A stretch of DNA of 20,000 nucleotides from an uncultured virus (IMG/VR IMGVR_UViG_3300021962_000072) (lineage: Duplodnaviria > Heunggongvirae > Uroviricota > Caudoviricetes), in IMG/VR virus record IMGVR_UViG_3300021962_000072, positions 58,188-78,187 of that record; one strand, 5' to 3'. Position 1 is the stretch's first letter; every line of letters begins with the position of its first letter. Below the pieces are notes generated by a model, which was not told where the DNA came from, searched no databases, and saw only the letters and a list, made by a program, of their open reading frames with translations. Both the position numbers and the translations under genes were made by a program. Shown piece by piece: positions 15,201-20,000 of the stretch.

Positions 15201-18200
15201 TATTTAGAAGACCACAGTTACCTTGTATCTTTACAGTACAGGGAGTCAACTACAAAGTAAACTATCTACGTAACTTTGTTTACAATCCAACTGGATCTAG
15301 TGCTACTCTAGTGTTAGATTCATCAACCCCTTACACCAATGCATTAGCTGGTTTGATCACACCTTGTACAGTTGCCGGAACAGGAAGTGTGGCAACCATT
15401 ACATTCGCAACCAGAGGAACTGCACCGTTTACTGTTGGTAATCAAATTACAGTAACAGGATTTGGTACTACTGCTACAGGATATAACGGTGTATGGACTG
15501 TAACAGATTGTACTACTAGCACTGTAAGTTTTATCAGCGGTGAAACAGCATCCGGAACCGGTGGAACCGTTGCTGAACTGTTTGAACTGATTACAGCTGG
15601 TAATAGAAGTATTTTAAGTAACGACTGGACGCAACTTAACGACATGGGTTACGGTCTGTTTACTACCAATGGCGGTATCAGTGAAGCAGTTGGTATGTTC
15701 ACTTACTACTGCTACAATGCTTATTATGCATTAAACGGTGGACAGATCCGTTCAGTTGGTGGATCAAGCGCCAACGGTGTGTATGCGTTAAGAGCAGAGG
15801 GCAGCGATCCAAAAGAAATTCCAGATGCCGTAAGAACAAGATATCCTTTCAGCCAATCTGCAACAATTTATAATGTAGGACAATATTCTAACGCTCAAAA
15901 CGGTGTTGAGCTTTACATTAACAATTATACCTATATTCCATTAACTGACAGCCAGATCGAAATAGCGCACTTTAAGAATTCTAACGCACAGACTGGAGTT
16001 AGTTTTACAGCCGTAACTAAAGGTGCTAAGACACAGTTAGCAGTAGGATCAATAGCGGCAGGTTACTTTGCTAGCCAAGATTATGTACAGGTATCCGGAC
16101 TTCCATACGCCGGCGGAACATTATCTGGTTTATTAAATTACAACAGTAGTAAAAATTTATTTGTAGTTGACAGTGTTGATACTTCCGGTGGTACTATCAC
16201 TCTTAATCTCGATACTAGTGCTGCCACTGGAACTTACTCGTTAACACCTATCAGTATAACCGGTGCTAGTGGCAATGGAGGCGGAACAGCGACTGTTACA
16301 TTTAATCCTGTCCAGGCATCAACTACACTAACTTCTTTAGCCAGTTCTACATTTACTTTTGCTAACGGAACTACGGCTAGATTTACATTTGCCAGCGCAC
16401 AAGGTTCTGCGCCATATGCAGTGGGCGATCAGATCAGAATCAGCGGATTTACTGTCTATACAGGATACAATGACTATTGGCAAGTTACTGCCTGTACTAC
16501 CACTTATGTTGAAGTTCTATGTAATGTCATAGGAACTCCGACAGGTACCGCTACAATAGCAGGACCATACGTAACTCCATTCCTAGTAGGATCTACTGTT
16601 ACAATTTCAGGAATTAGTCCGGCAGGATACAACGGTGTCGTAGTTATTACAGCTTCAACTCCGGGTAGTATTTCTTATGCTAACGCAACAGTGACAACTT
16701 ATGTCAGCGGCGGTACCATAACACCTGTAGTAAGATTGATGCCGAGAATATTAACTTATACTATCAATAGTATTAATACTTCAGGATTACCAACTGGAGT
16801 AATTAAACTTGTATTGGCATCCACTACCAGAGCAGATGGTACTACAGGACTTTATGCATCGGTTCCTAACTCGCAGTCAGTTACTATTAGACAGAGTAAG
16901 AAACTATTCTTAACTGATGTTGACGATATCACTACACAGAAGAATTCAACAGCGTTACTATTCAACGACGATGATCCATTAAATGTATACTCAGTTATTA
17001 ACTATACCACAGGTGGTTATGTAAGATCTGGGGGCACTGGTGAAGCAGTTGCCAATCTAAGAGATAGTTACACATACATGGCGCTGACAGTGTCAACTGA
17101 TCAACAATTGGTTGGTAGAACATATCACGGTGCAGTTGGCAGTAAACAAATTAGTATTACTGCACTAACAGATACTACAACTATTGCTAAACTGAATACA
17201 GGTCAATACGTATTCGGTTATGCCGGTCAAAATTATAGAGTGTTGTCATATGAAAGCCCGGCGGTCACTGGTGTGTCTACTGGTAGAATCAATATTGACA
17301 CAGCACTAACTGCCAGTTTGAGCGGTCTAGTAAACTCTTACTCTCTACTAGTAGGACCAGGAGACGGCTTTACTTATAATGTATCAACTTGCCAACGTGA
17401 CGTAGGATATGTAATCGATGCTGTTGGATTTGATGCTATGTTCAATAGCAACCTAGCAACTATCAAGTCTGCATTATCATATTATAGAAATTTAACTTCT
17501 ACTAATGTTGTTAGCACAGCACAAAAGACTGCTACTATCTTAGCATTCACTAAAACTAGAGATTTGCTAGTATCTCAGGCATCTGACAGTACGTTTGATC
17601 TTAGAGTAATCGCTAATCTAAACAATCTGATCAGCATTCTTAGCAACGGTCCTACTACAGCACTGGCATCTATTGCTGCTTCTAACTCCGCAGCAGCAAC
17701 TACCACAGCTACCGGTACTAGTGGTACACCGAATATTACTGTAGCCAACGCAACTGGAATACAAGTTGGACAATTAGCAGTGGCTACCGGTATTCCGAGT
17801 GCAACATTTGTACAGCTAATCAACGGAACTAGTGTTGTTCTTAGCAAAAATCTAAGTAGCAATTTAAGTACCACAGCTATTAATTTCTACCCTGTTTATA
17901 CATTAACAGATCCTACAGGCGGAACTAATAATGCATTTACCGTAGGATTCTTTAATGCTCGCAGATTAATCGAATCTAATAGACAGTTTATCGTAGAAGA
18001 AATATATCGTTGGATTGAAGTTCAAAAGGCTGGAAGCCTAAACGGATTTACTCCCGGCTTCACTTATGATTATCTAACTTGTCAGAGAGATGTTGGTTAT
18101 ATTTTAGATGCTATTAGATACGATTTGACCTATGGCGGCAACACCCAAACACAGGTAGTAGCGAGATCATATTATACCTACGGATTGTTTGTAGAACCAG

Positions 18201-20000
18201 CATATCAATTAACTCCAACTGTTAATACATTGTCTAGATTGAGCACAATACTTGGACAGATTGCACAAGCAACTCTAGTAACAAAATCTACCAATAACAA
18301 TCTAACACAAGATCAAAGTGGAACAGCCGGTACTTTAGCGGCCTCGAATTTCGTTACTTCAAGAATAACAACTATATCCGATACAGTAACAAATGGTTAT
18401 ACTACTAGAGTAACCATTACAACTATTGCTACCAATAATACATTTACTACAAGTGCTACACACAATCTATCAGCGGGCGATACTGTTATACCAAACTCTA
18501 CTGCCAACGGACTAACTTCTGGTACTATCTATTATGTGTCTAGCACTCCTGCTTCCAATACATTTACATTAGCAGCAACTATCGGTGGTGCAACATTAGC
18601 CAGTTTCACTAACGGTACCGGCTTAACTATAACTGCACAAGTAACTTATCGTCCAGATACAAGTTGGGTAACTAGTGCGTTGACCACTGACTTTGTTACA
18701 ACTCAAACACAAAGATCAACAACACAGACTGCTGTTACTGATTATATAACTGCAAACGTAAAACAAAGCCATCCTGCTAGCATCACTATCAAGATTTCTA
18801 CAGTACGTGCCACAGCACACGACGTTCTTGATATTGGCACAGGATCTTATGCAGACACTAACTATCCAAATAATATCTTTGGTGTTCCTGCAAATGAAAA
18901 GATTCCTGCAAATGAAGCAAAAGAAGTTGGCAAGGGCCGTGTGTTCTATACAACTATCGACCAGGAAGGTAACTTCAAAGTTGGTAAACTTTTTGGTGTA
19001 AATCAATCAACTGGTGAAGCACAATTAAGTGCCAAGATCAGTTTAACTAACATTTCATCGATCCAATTAGCACAAGGTGAACAGATCACTAACTTCAGTT
19101 CTGATGCTGGATTTAGCAGTGTTTCAAATAACAGTGTAACAACCGACCTTGCTACACAAACCTATATCGACAGAAGATTAGGACAAGATCGAACTGGTGC
19201 CAACGTAGCCAATTTAATTGGTCCTGGATACATGTCTAGAAACGGCGGCTTACCTATGTTGAGCAACCTTGACATGGGAACCAATGGAAGGATTATTAAT
19301 TTATTGAATCCGACATCGGCATCAAATGCTGTTACAAGACAATGGTTAAGTATTCCTCATAACAAAGATTGGGTTGGTTTAAATCCTGGTGTAAGTAATC
19401 TGTTGGTATTCACCGGAACCAACGTAGCAGATGCTAGCGAAAGTGTAACAGCCGAACATCAATTTACTAACGCTGTTATGACTGGTGACATGACTGTAAC
19501 TTTAAATGCAGCATCAAGTCCAATTACATTAACTAGTGCTACCTGGGCTTCCAATACTGCAACCTTAGGTTATAGTAATACTGGATCTGCCCCGTTCACT
19601 ACCGGTCAATCAATTACTGTAGCAGGTGTAACTCCAGACGGGTATAATGGAACTTGGACTGTAGTAACCAGTAACAACTTACAGACTACATTTACAGTAA
19701 CAACTACACTGACAGCTGGTACAGCATTCGGAACTGTTAGAGCTACAAGAACTTTAAATGCTCAAATCAATTCTGGCGTTATTATAAATGCAGATGTTAA
19801 TTCTAGTGCGGCTATCGATCAAACTAAGCTGGCATTAACTAACAGTGTGTCAACAACATCATCTACAGCTGGATCAGGTTTAGCCAATGGTGGAATGACT
19901 GTAACTGGTGCTAGTTGTGCAAGCACCACAGCAACGATAACCTTTGCAGCAATAACAGGAAATCCGATTCCATTTGCAGCCGGTAACAGGATAACAGTAT
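12290..20000 (+). CDS. Giant multidomain virion protein (baseplate-attached fibre/spike), at least 2570 aa, truncated by the window end
   Basis: Translated by hand with no in-frame stop from ATG 12290 to the window end. The N-terminus IDVGLTDNDGTGDSIRDSFKKVNDNF resembles the T4 gp9/gp10 N-terminal motif. It also has fibre DAA.KSYVD repeats, beta-helix segments and T/G/S-rich modules. Confidence 0.92.
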   Translation, partial: MARKIIDVGLTDNDGTGDSIRDSFKKVNDNFQELYSSLGLGERLRFTGLDDVPGSYLNQQQKILVVNNNQTGMEFRRLVAATGLTITHDETAGTVTFTALNQSIVNDKSPALGGDLNATSDGIARRIKNLADPVAADDAAKKSYVDSKLSIAGVSAIDPATGITNRAFGTMTGPLVLSRSPRAEDDDNYGGLIAATKSYVDASSFASTTSLYVNLGGNDNRTDIPDSRKGRSPAYAFRTLERAVKEAERVITESLYELSVYAKKLTYNDGLACTLTKIETAPNSGSGADIRARMTVEVEALNNTGTGYRVGDVLTIQGGSYSAQASYRVLSINTSNGAILTYQRLSSGNYSSLPGTTNVSTTVTSAPGSQLTAIGAGATFNLTYKVTELSIFDGGTGYGPVSVTISGTGSGASAVANVTDGVVTTVSLLAGGTGYTAIPTVTVRLPRLFIFTNGIKTDFSKSVDPRSQDIREGLGIKGATSGAVAEILSHSASLDTPANGYPAGSGNNEMFDVGILQGEFINGEELLYGELVKNKQITIQMESGVFEENLPLRIPPNISLIGEEFRRTLIRPKPGISTSPYTQIYFRRDPVIDNLRVTGLSGPNYADALNTTATPSGINGLITVTIGTASANVNWLGKVFGMNRGEGIVRSIVSSTQFTVQVYDELTSTTTATAGNWYLRTVLEYGYHYLRDNSRPIWPIINNIGKNYNASTLLSLNRLFLQKEVVAYVNTLPGLVPYNQTLCERDVGLMVDALAYDLIYGSYTRSVESALKYYQSTSGLIAIGLTGSVDAGLTPVGSGSQKPLTLAAVAHLGTLADKVVTNTPHTRLNTDPDAVQVINFALTAEPGNPSQNIPSSRTTLSTLVNVISQMLDQPSQVNFPKNNSEMDVFLLNDANILRQITVQGHGGMAQVLDPEGQILTKSPYSQQGSIFSASINKQSFRGGIFVDGYTGNQRFRIKSKTDNFTLEVDQLFRRPQLPCIFTVQGVNYKVNYLRNFVYNPTGSSATLVLDSSTPYTNALAGLITPCTVAGTGSVATITFATRGTAPFTVGNQITVTGFGTTATGYNGVWTVTDCTTSTVSFISGETASGTGGTVAELFELITAGNRSILSNDWTQLNDMGYGLFTTNGGISEAVGMFTYYCYNAYYALNGGQIRSVGGSSANGVYALRAEGSDPKEIPDAVRTRYPFSQSATIYNVGQYSNAQNGVELYINNYTYIPLTDSQIEIAHFKNSNAQTGVSFTAVTKGAKTQLAVGSIAAGYFASQDYVQVSGLPYAGGTLSGLLNYNSSKNLFVVDSVDTSGGTITLNLDTSAATGTYSLTPISITGASGNGGGTATVTFNPVQASTTLTSLASSTFTFANGTTARFTFASAQGSAPYAVGDQIRISGFTVYTGYNDYWQVTACTTTYVEVLCNVIGTPTGTATIAGPYVTPFLVGSTVTISGISPAGYNGVVVITASTPGSISYANATVTTYVSGGTITPVVRLMPRILTYTINSINTSGLPTGVIKLVLASTTRADGTTGLYASVPNSQSVTIRQSKKLFLTDVDDITTQKNSTALLFNDDDPLNVYSVINYTTGGYVRSGGTGEAVANLRDSYTYMALTVSTDQQLVGRTYHGAVGSKQISITALTDTTTIAKLNTGQYVFGYAGQNYRVLSYESPAVTGVSTGRINIDTALTASLSGLVNSYSLLVGPGDGFTYNVSTCQRDVGYVIDAVGFDAMFNSNLATIKSALSYYRNLTSTNVVSTAQKTATILAFTKTRDLLVSQASDSTFDLRVIANLNNLISILSNGPTTALASIAASNSAAATTTATGTSGTPNITVANATGIQVGQLAVATGIPSATFVQLINGTSVVLSKNLSSNLSTTAINFYPVYTLTDPTGGTNNAFTVGFFNARRLIESNRQFIVEEIYRWIEVQKAGSLNGFTPGFTYDYLTCQRDVGYILDAIRYDLTYGGNTQTQVVARSYYTYGLFVEPAYQLTPTVNTLSRLSTILGQIAQATLVTKSTNNNLTQDQSGTAGTLAASNFVTSRITTISDTVTNGYTTRVTITTIATNNTFTTSATHNLSAGDTVIPNSTANGLTSGTIYYVSSTPASNTFTLAATIGGATLASFTNGTGLTITAQVTYRPDTSWVTSALTTDFVTTQTQRSTTQTAVTDYITANVKQSHPASITIKISTVRATAHDVLDIGTGSYADTNYPNNIFGVPANEKIPANEAKEVGKGRVFYTTIDQEGNFKVGKLFGVNQSTGEAQLSAKISLTNISSIQLAQGEQITNFSSDAGFSSVSNNSVTTDLATQTYIDRRLGQDRTGANVANLIGPGYMSRNGGLPMLSNLDMGTNGRIINLLNPTSASNAVTRQWLSIPHNKDWVGLNPGVSNLLVFTGTNVADASESVTAEHQFTNAVMTGDMTVTLNAASSPITLTSATWASNTATLGYSNTGSAPFTTGQSITVAGVTPDGYNGTWTVVTSNNLQTTFTVTTTLTAGTAFGTVRATRTLNAQINSGVIINADVNSSAAIDQTKLALTNSVSTTSSTAGSGLANGGMTVTGASCASTTATITFAAITGNPIPFAAGNRITV

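Noticed and set aside
18885..18916. 14-nt direct repeat TTCCTGCAAATGAA x2 (period 18)
   Set aside because: Only two copies, in frame (PANE-KI-PANE); a coding micro-duplication, not a CRISPR array or att site.
12592..19006. Short ORFs listed in the track within the right third of the window
   Set aside because: All lie inside the continuous + strand giant ORF starting at 12290.
1..20000. Stop-codon reassignment, tRNA genes, CRISPR arrays, introns or inteins
   Set aside because: Genes are intact under code 11 with TAA, TGA and TAG all used as stops. Intergenic gaps are short with no cloverleaf or repeat-spacer pattern, and thyX and uvsE are uninterrupted.

Overview
AT-rich, densely packed, mostly + strand segment of a large lytic dsDNA tailed phage, probably a T4-like or jumbo myovirus. 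The host is inferred to be proteobacterial, possibly Burkholderiales. From left to right: thyX and a run of small hypothetical genes behind consensus sigma70 promoters; two tandem paralogous tail-fibre-like genes; a GT29/GT42-like gene; queD with a preQ1-I-like RNA leader; a GT8-like glycosyltransferase; a UV/oxidative/Fe-S cluster (uvsE, a divergent Fe/Mn SOD, iscU, iscA); and a giant virion protein ORF (12290 to beyond 20000, at least 2570 aa) that the supplied ORF track misses. A TAAATA motif, resembling the T4 late promoter, recurs just upstream of putative late genes. The most notable observations are three phycobiliprotein-like 'CxRDVG' helical repeats in the giant virion protein, a candidate phage riboswitch on queD, and a SOD with a possible capsid-targeting leader. 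All calls come from reading motifs by eye; no searches were run.
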